A stretch of DNA of 64,000 nt. It comes from Phoronis australis (taxonomy: Eukaryota > Animalia > Phoronida). Of this stretch, positions 25,201 through 38,700 are shown in pieces. The notes beneath the pieces are model-generated. The model was not told the origin of the DNA, made no database searches, and worked only from the letters and a program-made list of their open reading frames with translations. Made by a program: the position numbers and the translations under genes. Where the stretch lies: the NCBI GenBank assembly GCA_002633005.1, contig NMRA01000031.1, positions 1,380,858 to 1,444,857 on the forward strand, given 5' to 3'. Positions within the stretch are counted from its first letter, which is position 1. Every line of letters starts with the position of its first letter.

Positions 25201-25887
25201 GGTGCCTCTCACCACCAGATTGTTAGCTGTGACGTGGCGAGGCCTCACACTTATATTACAGCGACAGTTACAATTAAAGAAACGGCCCGTTTACAAGCTC
25301 AACGTTACAATCAACATGCCAAGGACTTATCTCACCTCCTGGAAGGTGACTCTGTGCGAACTCAACCATGTCAACCTGGCATTAAGGAGTGGGAGAAAGG
25401 AATTGTGACAAAGCTAGTTGGTGACAGAGATCTTACGAAGTGCAAACCCCTAACGGACTTTACAAACTCAATAGAGTGCACCTCCGCAAATCCTATGAAC
25501 CTCCGTCCACTGTATCGGGCGATACTCTCTCTGATGCACAAACCTCGCGATGCCGTAATGTCTAGTGATTCCACGAGACATGTTCCCAACAGACCAGTGA
25601 TTGACGACCACCATCCTACTTAAAGGACTATGTCGCGACTTAATGTACTTCATGTGTGGACTATTAGTTCTTGGCTATAGACTTCTTAAATCTAGTTCAG
25701 TTGGGATGTTATTTTTGTTTTTCATTTTTTATTTTTTATTTTTTCGGGAGGATGTTTCAATATCGTTTAGTTTTATCGCCAGTAAATAGATGGCGTTGCA
25801 AACCTCTCTCGTTCTGAAATAAGTGTCATTTCGGCTAACACGCGAATTAAAGTTTTATTCGCACTAATTCCAGCCAATCTTGAAACA
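22273..25887 (+). mobile_element. Degenerate Ty3/Gypsy LTR retrotransposon lacking the RT domain
   Basis: LTRs 22273-22418 and 25753-25887 ((T/C)GTTTCA...TGAAACA), polypurine tract GGGAGGA at 25746-52; gag knuckle CPSCRKPNHFAVC (~23080), protease FRVDPGATVN (~23310), RNase H (ECDSSENGLGA, IEHEYLAIV, DMLSR), integrase (SHLGVE..YWPGM..CDAC; DIF..DYY..SDRG..SNGKVE). Many frameshifts and stops. Confidence 0.9.
24560..24715 (+). mobile_element. 156-bp MITE inserted in the Gypsy integrase
   Basis: caggggcagattc...aaatccgccac flanked by the direct repeat cagccaa (24553-59 and 24716-22); relatives at ~22160-22230, 32506, 37045, 44405-44570, 57579. Confidence 0.8.
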
Positions 25888-26053
25888 AGAAGTACCCGGG
25901 CACTGTGAAATTTCGGGGTCTAACGGAGCTCAACAGGCACATTTGATCCTTGCTGCATTTTGACGAGTTTTCATACCTTGCTGGGTAGGGCCTACCGAGC
26001 TGCCAGTCTCCATTGCCCAGAATCCATTCATTTCAATAAGAAACGGAAACTGA

Positions 26054-26131
26054 TTTTTTGAGAAAAGAGATCTAAATCAAAATTCATTGTTACGAAAATG
26101 AGTTTTGATTTAGATGACTTTTCTCTCAAAA
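26054..26131. repeat. ~78-bp palindrome
   Basis: ttttgagaaaagagatctaaatcaaaattcatt / aatgagttttgatttagatgacttttctctcaaaa. Confidence 0.75.
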
Positions 26132-26418
26132 GGCGGGGTTGTTATCCATCATCAATGTTTAACCCTACTGCCCACGAACTTGAACAAATCGTCAGTAATA
26201 TAGCCGGTCCAGAGTTCAGTAGTAAGACATTTTTATCTCACGATCGAAGTACAAAGAAGAATGAATAATGAGGAAACGATATTTACAAAATGCCATGGTT
26301 GTCACAGTGGATCACTATTTAGGCAAGGTGGTTTTAGTTAACGTTGTACTAGAAGTGGGCCTAAACATGGAAATCGAGAAAAGGGTCCACAAAATTTGTT
26401 TCAACCAAGTTTCCGCAT

Positions 26419-26495
26419 GCCTCTTGGAAAGCAATGCTATCACTGAAGAGGATATCCCCATTTTGAATATCACAATGAATAAATAAATAAATAAA
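26419..26495 (+). mobile_element. 5'-truncated retroposon 3' tail with (TAAA)n; second copy at ~52912-52981
   Basis: cctcttggaaagca(a/g)tgctatcactgaagagg...aatatcacaat followed by (aaat)n at both loci. Confidence 0.7.
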
Positions 26496-27717
26496 TTATA
26501 GAATTTCAAACTTAGCCTTATTACTGTAAGCATCGCTTTTTTGTTCTGATTGCTTGGTTTAAAATCATTCTGATTCCCATTTTGGCTACCATTCTACTTC
26601 ACGCTTTGATCTCACAACGCTTTGAGAGGAGAAAGACCACAGAATGTATCGTACGTGACGTCAACGTGTCAGGAATTTATCACTGAATGCAATTCGTGAC
26701 TGTGAACGTTTGGAACAAAAGTGGAATGTACACACATTGCTAACAGTTTTTCCAACATTAAATAAGTTAAATATTATCTTTCTGCTTTACCCTCACGTAA
26801 CCAGTGTCTCGTGACTGCCGTCAAAATCATTTAATTTCTGAAATACATAGGCTGGCGTCTTCTGTCTGAACTAAACCACACTCATCAAATGCCAATGTAT
26901 TATTACCGTATTTAACTGATAAAGTGGTCCGGCGGCCTTGATTTCAGCGACTGTCTGGCACACAACTGCGAAGTTATAGTTTTATAGCTCTTTTCGATGC
27001 TAATAACTTCAAAAATGCTATCCCATTCGGCAATATTCTCAAAACGATAACGCCCTTTTAAGTCAATCCCCTTTTTGAACTCTTCGCCGTTTCTTTCTAT
27101 GCTTTCCCATTATTTCGGTGTACAGTTAATGTCTAATGCTCCTGGGCCCGAGAGTGGAGGCGAAAAAACAAACAGAAGAAATTCAAATCAATTTTCGTAT
27201 TTTGTAAATGAAGATGAATCTTTATCTTTGACACAAGTACAAAAGTGACCAAAGCCGCATGTCCTTGCCATCCCTAGCAATAACCTCGAAAAAATGAATG
27301 GGGGTCCCTGGAAAATGTGATGCTAGATTATTGCTAAAGAATGCAAGGGCATGTAGCGACTTTGGAGGTTTTTGTAACCGAGTCGGTAATCAGTTCGATG
27401 TATTATGTACGAAACCGAGTCGGTACTCATTTCGATGTATAGTGTAGTTCGCTACTGAGAAATAATGGAAAATAGGAAATGGGCGCTTAATTACTCGCAA
27501 CTTCTTACAAGTATTAGCATTCCGAAACACACTCTAAAATGATGTAACGCATAGACCTCGCTCAAATTAGTCTGTATATTATAATGTTGTACGCCTGATG
27601 TCAAAATGGGCGGAATGATCTAACCAACGCCAGCCGACAATTTGGAGAAATTTACTTTTTTAAATATTTAAAGACTTTTCTGCGAAATGAGTATTTTATT
27701 GCTCTTTACCTAATTAT

Positions 27718-29340
27718 TCAAGATGGAGGACGAACCGCTGCCTGCTCTATTCTGGAAGAGCATTTGCACGTGACAACGTCCAGCATGATTCGCTTCATGG
27801 TCACATGACTGTTCCAGTGGCGTCTCAGGGCAACGTTAAGCTTGAGCATAAAAAAGAATGTAGCAACCAAGCTGACCGTGTAAGTCGAGGCCATCAAGGC
27901 GGGATGAGAGGAGAGGAAACCGCTTTCAGAATGTAGCGACGCGACAAGGCCAAAGAGGTTACCAAGGAGTATGACGTAGTGGCCCAGCACGTAACGCATG
28001 TACCTTTCCACGCAAAATATATCGACTGAGCCGAAAATCACTACCAAGATGGTGGTAAGTCCGAGAAAGACACACGATGGAACCTCCTCGTTTTTACCTG
28101 CTGGCAGCACACGCTTTATTGCAACCGCTAACATCTGCAGGGCAGTAAACATATTCCTGACTGACGTGCACGCAAAAGTGTTGAGGACCAAGCAGACAAA
28201 GAGCCATTTTTCCTTTTCGCTGACCAATTCATAGCGCATTAAGTTATTCTGGCGATCAAACCCATACGCTGCCAGGGTCAAACAGGTCAGACCTCCAAAA
28301 AACCAGAAGCAACTTAGAGCGACTCCCCAGATCACGTCGCCTCCTGAGGTAGTGCGAACCCAGGACATGCCAAGTACCTGAAACAGTATCATGGCCGTGT
28401 AGAAGGAGTCGCTTAAATAGCGCGGACTCAGATACAGGTACACGTCCATTGTATTTTTTCTGCAGAGACAGGACGTCATGTAACAGACGAATAAACACTG
28501 GAACACACCGGTTACTATGGCTAGGATAGTTGACGTCAGAGTAGATCGAGGCACCAGTAACGAGCATTCTGTACTACTGAAGAGCTTGCTGATTGATCCT
28601 TTCTTAGCTGAAAGAGAAAGATAAATTTACGAATAAACACAGAAAAATCAGGAACCCACTGTGTGGTGAGAGCACGGGTTCCTGATTTTTCTATGTTTAT
28701 TTGATATATTTCATTACTGGCCAACCTCAGCGTCTATATACTTACTATAAATTTACGAAAAATGCTATTAATAAGACGTATCACTGTTCTTTCTTGTGAT
28801 TTATTTAATTTCGAACCAATGCCCGAGGTCTAATCTTTGCTCTCGAAATCGAGCTCGAATTTGATTTTTGACTTTTCCGTTCTACCCTTGTGCGAGCTCA
28901 AGATAGGTGTATAGTAGTCAGAAACGGGTCCCTAAAATTTTCAATAGAAATGTTAAACAGCTGAATAACTTACCATTTAACTAAATAGTGAACTGTTTAT
29001 AAATATCAAGAATTTGTAAAAAAATACAAATGGTACTCTACAGAGGACCACGTTCTACAGAACAATATTGGAGAGATCTTTGAACTAGTGAATACTTTTC
29101 ACGCAACGAAAATGTCACGCGACCGGACTTTGAAGCCTATCCATTTGAATAAAACTTTCACCATCTTATGCAGTCCATATCGACAGGAAGCAATTCAACT
29201 TACGTACGTGTTCCGTAGATGGTGAACGTGATAACGATCAAACTGCAGCTGTAGGCTAGGGCAGCAACGATGACCAGTGCGACCCGAGGGGAACTGTGGG
29301 AACCGGGAGCCAAGCTATCTTCCGCCTGTTGAAATGGCAT
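27718..29340 (-). CDS. Uncharacterised multi-pass membrane protein (~340 aa, about 7-8 hydrophobic segments)
   Basis: Long exon 28607-27718 (tctctttcag acceptor, in frame with ORF 27718-28554) and exon 29340/29325-29208 (MPFQQ|AEDSLAPGSHSSPRVALVIVAALAYSCSLIVITFTIYGT, phase-1 donor gtacgt). No family name can be assigned with confidence. Confidence 0.75.
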
Positions 29341-30757
29341 GTATATTCACTTTATATTAATTTACCATTAACCTAAAATTAATACGTGTTGTGTTGACAA
29401 TGTGACGAGATGTATTGCTTGTCAATCGTTGGTTCTTGTGTAACTTTAAAATATCAACTGAATATATTTAGTTTTTCACCTGCCACGCATTGCGCTTTTA
29501 GCGCGCAATTTTCACCTTAATTTCGAATGTCTGGCAAATACGTTGTTGGCGACTCGGCACTCCATGTGTTTTACTGCTGTCCATGTTTAGGGTCGGACAG
29601 TTGGAACGCGGATTAAACGATGGGGTATCCGGTATACTGAATTGTCTTTGATTAAATGTGAATGTAACCTGTTTTAGTGGGATTTTTGGTGTGGTTTCGG
29701 TTTTCTGGTTAACCTAGATAAATACTCAAGTTCATTAAATTCCTCTACTGAGCGGGTTCTAACTATATTGTGGATGCGCAACGCTGGGGAGTGACGTTCA
29801 TGGCCCGAATTATTATCAGTCATCTTTGTTTACATGACTGTTTTCCATCGGATCGATGTCCAAGACTAGATCATTCCAGGGCTGTTTGAGTTTAAGACCA
29901 AGGCTAGCCTAGTGTCGATCGTAGACCCTTGCGTGAAATGTATATCTATAATGGAAGCTTTGAGCCATTGTGGAGCACTCTAATATGTGAACTTGCGTAT
30001 TGCACTAGCCTTGGTACAAAACTGTATACTAAATATACAGCTTTGTATCGATGTGGGTAAAAAGTGGTAAGATAAAATCTGACACCACATTAGTGTCATT
30101 AAATACTATAGTCTTCCTTGAGTAAACTAAATTATTTAACGGTGTTGGAAAAAATGGCGTTCTACCGTTACTCTGCTACTAAAGTTGTGGAGCGATCTTT
30201 AGCGACGGCTTTTGTCGCCATGAAATATTGCGTCACCTATTGGCCAGTTTCTTTATTCGCCGATTCTTCAATCAACTGTTCTTCTTTCACGAGGTTGCGT
30301 ACACGTCACAACAAATTATCGGAACTGGTTTCACTTCATTATAAGTTTTTAGAGTTTTGATACCAGAACACCGAATTTCAGAAGAAATTTTGCTGCTGCC
30401 AAGCTATCATCATTTCCCGAGAGATGTCGCAAAAATGTAGGAAATGGTGCGTGCGCGTGACACGAGCGTACTGTTTTCAAAACGACGACACACTTTTCAT
30501 CGTTGGAAAAGGCGGAGAGTTACGCAAGAAAATGACGTTTATTGTATTGTTTTTCACTTAAATGGCTGTAACGGGCAAGGTGAGTATGGGTAGATTCCCA
30601 GATTTTGCATGCACCCCGTCCAGTCTTTAGCTTTACATGTTGATGCAAGTTTCACGGCGAGGTGACGAGCAGAATTAGTCTGGCTGTGTGCTATTTCGGG
30701 GTCTACGGAAGAAATACACAAAGGTACCTAGCTGTATTTCGACGATAGTCTTCATAC

Positions 30758-31329
30758 AGTTAGCTGGCTGGCTAGTATTGCACTTGCCTCATGGTCAGCT
30801 TCTTGATCTTCTGCACTAAGCGGGGAGGAACCGCGTCTTACAGTGAACGGTCCAGGCTGCCGCGTCGTCGACTGTCGTACGACCCTCTTCCCCTCAAAGC
30901 TTGAAAACCTGTGAAACTGATAACCAAAATATTGAGTAAACACTGTCTCGGAGATTACATTTGAGATGGAAATACCTACCAACACATTTCTGGATGTCGT
31001 AACTTAGGTAGGCCTACACGTATGAAACTTAGATCTATCCAGTGGCCATCCCAGTGGTCTGTAGTCGTGGCTAGCCATCCAGCCAGTAGTAACAACTACA
31101 TGGATGGACATCAAATTTTATCTTTCTGCAACTCAGTACTAAGTTCTATATTATTATGGATCGTTCGTGGTACAGTATGTAGAAAACAGTTAACAAGTAT
31201 GGCTAAATTTACCGGGGGAGCGAATTCGGGGTCGAAGGAGTCGTAACGTTCGCTCGATTGTGAGTGCAAAAGATTTCCTCCGTTGTCAACATCTAACTGC
31301 ATTAACTCCTTGCCATCACATTTCCCCAT
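30758..31329 (-). CDS. Possible upstream exons of the membrane protein gene
   Basis: 31329-31213 (MGKCDG...FAPP|gtaaat) and 30916-30758 (FHRFSS...SQLT|gtatga) are phase-0 compatible with the acceptor at 29325; no homology support. Confidence 0.3.
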
Positions 31330-31466
31330 CTGTCGGCGCAGTACTTGTGTTACGAGTCATCACATCTTTGCACGGCGCGCGCCCGCTGGAACGCAGTTTC
31401 ACATTGTGGCACCACTGATGATACACAACAGAATGTACTATAGTCTATGGTGGCACTTCGTTCTGA

Positions 31467-32076
31467 TTATTACTCTGCGCGTGTAAGCGCAGAGTACTGT
31501 TTTTCCTGGGTTTTCTTTAATTTTATTACTCTGCGCGTGTAAGCGCAGAGTACTGTTGTTCCTGGGTTTTCTTCAATTTTATTCTTATTCTTATTCTTCT
31601 TCCGACCAACTTTGAGGCTTAATTACTCCAAAGTGGGTGCAGGTACGGTCTTTAAATTCAGCATATGACTTTTGACAGTATATAAATTTTAATTGGTTGA
31701 GATTGAGTTTGAATTCTAAATTTTCAGGTCATTTGGTGCACCCATGGGGTCATTAGGTGCATTTTTCTTCTGAAAGTTTGACCACTTTATTCATCTTGTA
31801 TTCTGAAGTGCTTAAAGTAAAAATCTGTGATTATTAGCATTAACCACACTTTTAATCGAGTTAACAATTAGTTCCTCATCGGGGCTCATAATGCACCGGA
31901 AGAGGTCAATTAGTGGAAAGGTTATCAAAAAATTAATATGTAATTTCCCCTACAATTTTAAAGAATTCCTTTTCATATTGGTAAACGGGTCGCTGTCAGT
32001 AACTTCCCATAATAATTCCAGTAATACGCACGCGCAGAGTCCGTTATTGTCACGCCGTGACAATAATCTTTCTAGT
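31467..32076 (+). mobile_element. Helentron-associated (HINE/DINE-1-like) non-autonomous element
   Basis: 5' subterminal repeat actctgcgcg with adjacent IR gcgcagagt (duplicated at 31472 and 31527), TTC microsatellite, 3' subterminal IR cgcgcagagt (~32031-40), hairpin ttattgtcac-gcc-gtgacaataa, then ctagtt. Confidence 0.65.
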
Positions 32077-32705
32077 TCTTCTTATTCTTATTCTTCTTCC
32101 GACCAACTTTGAGGCTTAATAACTCCAAATTGGGTGCAGGTACGGTCTTTAAATTCAGCATATCACTTTTGACAGTATATAAATTTTGATTGGTTATATA
32201 ATCATATTCCATATTGCACCGGATGAGGTCGTTTGGTGGAAAGGTCATGTAATTTTCAAAATGCTACTCCTCCTTTTTTTTAAAGCTATATTTTTCAAAT
32301 TCGGTGCACAGGTATGAGTCAACATGACAATTTAAAAAATTACTTTTCTAAGTAATCGGGTCATCCAATCAGGTTTAATAGGTCAATGGTCATTAGGTGC
32401 AAACTAAAATTTTGAGCTAGACACTTCAAATTCGCGAGAAAGACTTTAGCGAGAATTAGTTTCGCTTCAGAAGAGAGGCTATTCATTCTATTTATGGTCT
32501 CAGCACAGTGGCGGATTTAGGATATCACAAGGGGGGCCCAATATTTTGTCTGTAAACATTTGCTCAAACCACGATTGTAGATGCGCATNAAATTTTTCTG
32601 ATTTTTCCTCTAAAAATCAAGCATTTTCCTGTATTCCCGAAGTATTATACAAGAAAAATAAGACAAAAAAAAAACGCGGAGAAAATGTCAAACAGGAAAA
32701 ACTGC

Positions 32706-32770
32706 ATGTACCACAGACTCGAACTCACGACCTGGCATTTAGAACGCAAGTACTTAACCACACCACCACC
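32706..32770 (-). mobile_element. tRNA-derived SINE head (second copy ~37264-37328)
   Basis: Minus strand gtggtggtgtggttaag (A-box-like) ... gagttcgagtc (B box) at tRNA-like spacing, no cloverleaf acceptor stem. Confidence 0.5.
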
Positions 32771-35700
32771 ACGATTTCACTCCTAAGTTGTTACTAAGAG
32801 ACCTCATTCTTTTCGTAATGCTTACTACATGTTTTATATTTTGTGAATCAGTTCGTATCAAATTTGTTGTATTTAAAATAGTCTTCGATTGCCCAAAAGA
32901 CCAAATCCGTTTGTTGTGTTGGCAAAAATGACGCGATTGCTTTGGAAATCGTCTTAAGTTAAGGTTTGACAAAGAGAAAATTATGAGTTTCTGAGTGATT
33001 CACTAAGGCTTCGATTAAAATTGACATTTTACCAGCAGGTTCTGTTTTTTCATCATCACTCAGATTCCATTTTCTTTAAAAAAAGAAGCAATTTTTCTCA
33101 TTGCACAGTGGAGCAGACGACGGAAACGGAGTCGTAGTGCCCAGCACCCCTGCCGGTTGCATGGGATACCGCCTTAACCATAGTTCCGCAGTGTTCCGAA
33201 CTTGACACTTGAAATTGGATCTGAGCACCCCCCTTAAACTGCGCACATTTAAATCTCGTTTCAGCCGTATAATTTTAATTACCAGGGTTAATTAGTAAAC
33301 TCAACATTTCCCTACGCTCTTGCTGTTTTTTTGCGGCAGCCAAGGGGGGGGGGGGGCNCCCCCCCTTAAATCCGCCTATGCAGCATATCAACAAAGAGAG
33401 ATACAGTCTTCTTTTCGGCCTGTTCGAGGGTTTGGGGCGAGAGGCTCCTGCCGTTTTTTCTCTTTTCTTTACGCAGGTAGTTCTGCGAAGTTCTCGCCCC
33501 AGACACCATGTGTCGCTACTTCTGTTTGGCATCATAGGCAGATCTTTTTGCAGTGCCCAGGCTTTTAATTTTCTGCGCATTTCCCTCCCAAACGGAGTTT
33601 TCAACTTTTGTCACGTTCTGACTGAACTCACAGTTAATGACTTAATTGTTGGTTTGACTCAGAAAGTTCAGTCGGAAGGTTGGTCTTGTTTTTTGTCCAG
33701 TTAATTGACCTTCTTCTTGCGTCAGCCACTTTGTCTTTACCATGGCTACAAGAATTATGAGAATTGCCTTATATGGTATCCTTGTTTTGCTATCCGCCGC
33801 ATAAAATAGATATCCTGCGCTGGATAGTTATCCGAACTTTATCCAAGTTTTGTGAAACCCAAATTTTTACGCCAGATTACTAGGAAGATATTGTAATGGC
33901 ACTCGTCATTCCGTTCGTTACCTCCGTCCGTCCGCCCGTCCGCTCCTCTTTCATTCCGTCTTTCCTTCCGTCCACCCGTCCGTCTCTGGACGTTTTGCAA
34001 TGCTATCGCATTAAGTTCCTTGTATTATGTATGGTTCGTTCCACATTTTCGCGGATGCATGTTGGGAAACGTTCTTCTGTGTGCAACTGCTACCTTTCTC
34101 TTGACCAGCTTTCGACCAAAGTTCAGGATGTGTACCACAGTGTAGTATCCTAGCGTATATCGGGACGTTTTGCGAGTCGACTGTAACTATGACCCGTTTT
34201 TGATTTCCACCGTGCAATTTGGGAAACGTTCTTCTGTGCTCAGCTCGCTGCACTCCAACTTCACTCGATAAACGGCGGAGTATTAACAGGCTTGATTTCA
34301 ATGACTGTCTGGCAGGCAACGGTCAGAATTGTTGATTTGTAACGGTATTCGAAAAGCACAGCTAATTTTGTCGTTTCCATCCAAAAACAATCCCAAAATG
34401 CGTTGCTTGCTCTTAAAACCGACAACGTCCTTTTAAAAATAGTTGACCATAGAGCTATTGCAGGCGACACGCTATACAAAGGACATTCAAGAACGCTCAT
34501 GCAAGATGATCATGCTTTGGTGTAGGTGTTTCATGAAATTTGAAAATGTATGGAAATGTTGCAGTTACCCAGAGCAGACGAAAATTCAGTGACATTTTGG
34601 TTATGTGCTATGCAGGTGCAGCGCTGTTTTTTAGCACCGTGAAAAATACCCCACAGATAATTTTCAACGTTGAAAGATGACCCCAGGTCACTCTTTCATC
34701 GTGTATAAACTTAGACGTGTGGAATGTTCAACGTGAGAAAAAATGGCTCCGCCGCTGTTCACGTCTTGTCAGCTAATGCAATTGTTAAGGTACAGGGTCT
34801 GGGGTAGGGCGTCTTCCTGTGGTTTCGTATATTAAAGAACTACAACCAAGTGTCGGCTGGTGGCTTTAACTTTAGGTGAAGGGGTAGTTCATGTATGTGT
34901 TCCGAGTCCCTTTTCTAAGAAGTTTCTCATGTATTTCGTCCGTTATTAGTCTGACTCTGAAGCAAGACGCAAACATGATCTAAATTTGAAGCGACTATAA
35001 ACCTAGAAAGGTTGTCAGCTAATAGCAAACCGGGCAGACCTACGATTGTAGTGTTGTTGGCAGCTTTTTAGACAGCTCAAATTACAAAGAAGGCACGTGC
35101 GATGGGAGGGGTTCACTTCTGTGGGCGCGCACGTTATAAGAACCCTCGTCAGTAGAGTAGCTATACAGCATTTCGACACACAGTAATCAGATGGGTCGCC
35201 CTGAAATCCCCCAAAAAGCAAATTTGTTGTCAAATGTGATCAGTCCGACGCGTCCGACGGCAATAAGAAACCTTCAATAGATTCATGTGAAACAAAATCG
35301 ACAGCACGACACAGCGTTTTTCGCTATTTCCACCACGTAAATATTTACGTTGTGAAAGACTTTAACTCATTGCTCACAGACTGACAGCACTATATAATGA
35401 GGAGTACGCAGAATTCGCTGACAGATGGGGTTCTAGTTGAAGACAGTAAGCCTGTTCACTGTCATCGGCAATCTCCACATTTGATTTTATTGTCACATTT
35501 CTGTATAATATCTAAACAATGGTATCAATACAGTGACCAAATTTTGTTCTATTTAAATCTTCATTTAAAATCCCAAAAAATCCTGTAACATTTTTTGAGA
35601 TTATCGCTTCGTTTTTATTTCATTCAACTTTTATTTTGTATAAAAACACAAAATAAATCCGATCAGCCATTTCCGAGATACGATATTCCGAAGTTAGCCA

Positions 35701-38700
35701 AATTTGGCCCTTTTCTTGGCTATGACATTTTTCTAAGGTGCATGATATTTTGAAAAAAGCTGTGGTATTTTGTAGCCAGTACATGTATGCTATTCAGTTG
35801 TCCAATACTAACACATATACATTTCTTCAAGTGATCTCGCTGTGCATCTTGAGGACAATTAACTACGCGCTTCATTATAGACACATAGTTTGAAGTCATT
35901 TCATTTCAGTTTCCTTGGCTTTTGTCCCTGCATCCTGCATGGTAACTCAGAAATGGCAATTTCAATAAACTAAGTTTTCGATCCCGTATTACCCGACTGT
36001 CAATTTCGTCAAAACATTTTAGTATATTTAGCTTTAAGGGGAATCTCCCAGTTAAAATGAGAGCGAAGAAGCCACAGCCTAAAAAAAATACCCATTGTCA
36101 CTAGCCACGTCGCGCGACCTATGGTCGGGGATTTTCACGTGGTGAAGGTAATAGTCAACCATTGAAATCTTGGTTTGCTCTGCTTCGTTTAGCCTCGCAC
36201 TCCCCTCCCAAGTCACATGCTGGGTACGGGGATGTGGCTAGTCGTGCCCCCGAGTACAGAGATCAGCTGACAACATTACGCGAGTGTGCTTAGAATGTGA
36301 AGTTCTATCTCTAGTGATCCGAGGTTCTTTATAGAACCGCGATTATTCGAGAGTGAAACCTTTCACATGTTACGCATTCAGACTGGAAACCAGCAGAAAC
36401 TTCCCATGTTCATTTTCACAGACAGATTCACTAAAGTCACGACAAAATATCGATTGGAGGTAATTGTAATTAGTTCCAAGTAAGATGATCACGGCAGAGT
36501 TTGTTGTCGCGCACGCACAATGTGTTTGTCATGTTGAAATGTTACGTGTAAATTCTCACTATGCGATAGACAAAATAGGCCTTAATAACAAAGATGGTAG
36601 GTAAGAACAGTTTTTTAAGTGCTGTGAGAATTTTACTATTGGAGGAAGTGAATTATGTTGTTACGTNTGGGTGCTGGTACGGTCTTTAAATTCAGCATAT
36701 CACTTTTGACAGTATATAAATTTTTATTGGTTATATAATCATATTCCATATTGCACCGGATGAGGTCGTTTGGTGCAAAGGTCATGTTATTTTCAAAATG
36801 CTACTCCTCCTTTAGTTTTAGAGCTATCTTTTTCAAATTTGGTGCACAGGTATAAGTCAACATGACAATTTAAAAAATTACTTTTCTAAGTAATCGGGTC
36901 ATCCAATCAGGTTTAATAGGTCAAAGGTCATTAGGTGCAAACTAAAATTTTGAACTAGACACTTCAAATTCGCTAGAAAGACTTTAGCGAGAATTAGTTT
37001 CGCTTCAGAAGAGAGGCTTAATCATTCTATTTATGGTCTCAGCACAGTGGCGGATTTAGGATATCACAAGGGGGGGCCCAACATTTTGTCTGCAAACATT
37101 TGCTCAAACCACGATTGTAGATGTGCATGTAGATGGGGGGAGGCCCAGGAAATTTTCTGCTTTTTCCTCTAAAAATCAATCATTTTCCAGTATTCCGAAG
37201 TAATATACACGAAAAAAAGGCAACAAAAAAACGCGGAGAAAGTGTCAAACAGGAAAAACTGCATGTACCACAGACTCGAACTCACGACCTGGCATTTAGA
37301 ACGCGCGTACTTAACCACACCACCACCACGATTTAACTCCTAAGTTGTTACTAAGAGACCTCCTTCTTTTCGTAATGCTTATTACATGTTTTATATTTTG
37401 TGAATCAGTTCGTATCAAATTTGTTGTATTTAAAATAGTCTTCGATTGCCCAAAAGACCAAATCCGTTTTTTGTGTTGGGAAAAATGACGCGATTGCTTT
37501 GGAAATCATCTTAAGTTAAGGTTTGACAAAGAGAAAATTATGAATTTCTGAGTGATTCACTAATGCTTCGATTAAAATTGACATTTTACCAGCAGGTTCT
37601 GTTTTTTCATCATCACTCAGATTCCATTTTCTTTAAAAGAAGAAGCAATTTTCCTCATTGCACAGTGGAGCAGACGACGGAAACGAAGTCGTAGTGCCCA
37701 GCACCACTGCCGGTTGCCTGGGATATCGCCTTAGCCATTGGATATGAGCACCCCCCCTAAAACTGCACACATTTAAATCTTGTTTCAGCCGTATAATTTC
37801 AATTACCAGGGTTAATTAATAAACTCAACATTTCCCTACGCTCTTGCTGTTTTTTTTGCGGCAGCCAAGGGGGGGGNTCAACAAAGAGAGATACAGTCTT
37901 CTTTTCGGCCTGTTCGAGGGTTTGGGGCGAGAGGCTCCTGCCGTTTTTTCTCGTTTCTTTACGCAGGTAGTTCTGCGAAGTTCTCGCCCCAGACACCATG
38001 TGTCGCTACTTCTGTTTGGCATCAATAGGCAGATCTTTTTGCAGTGCCCAGGCTTTTAATTTTCTGCGCATTTCCCTCCCAAACGGAGTTTTCAGCTTTT
38101 GTCACATTCTGACTGAACTCACATTTAATGACTTAATTGTTGGTTTGACTCAGAAAGTTCAGTCGGAAGGTTGGTCTTGTTTTTTGTCCAGTTAATTGAC
38201 CTTCTTCTTGCGTCAGCCACTTTGTCGTTACCATGGCTACAAGAATTATGGGAATTGCCTTATATGGTATCCTTGTTTTGCTATCCGCCACATAAAATAG
38301 ATATCCTGCGCTGGATAGTTATCCGAACTTTATCCAAGTTTTGTGAAACCCAAATTTTTACGCCAGATTACTAGGAAGATATTCTAATGGCACTCGTCAT
38401 TCCGTTCGTTACCTCCGTCCGTCCGCTCCTCTTTCATTCCGTCTTTCCTTCCGTCCACCCGTCCGTCTCTCGACGTTTTGCAATGCTATCGCATTAAGTT
38501 CCTTGGATTATGTATGTTTCGTTCCGCATTTTCGCGGATGCATGTCGGGAAACGTTCTTCTGTGTGCAACTGCTACCTTTCTCTTGACCAGATTTCGACC
38601 AAAGTTCAGGATGTGTACCACAGTGTAGTATCCTAGCGTATATCGGGACGTTTTGCGATTCAACCGTAACTATGACCCGTTTTTGATTTCCACCGTGCAA

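Noticed and set aside
32706-32770. tRNA gene
   Set aside because: A/B-box-like motifs only, no cloverleaf; SINE-like.
33275-34500. ORFs in the duplicated 4.5-kb unit
   Set aside because: No recognisable domains, and the frames differ between the two copies.
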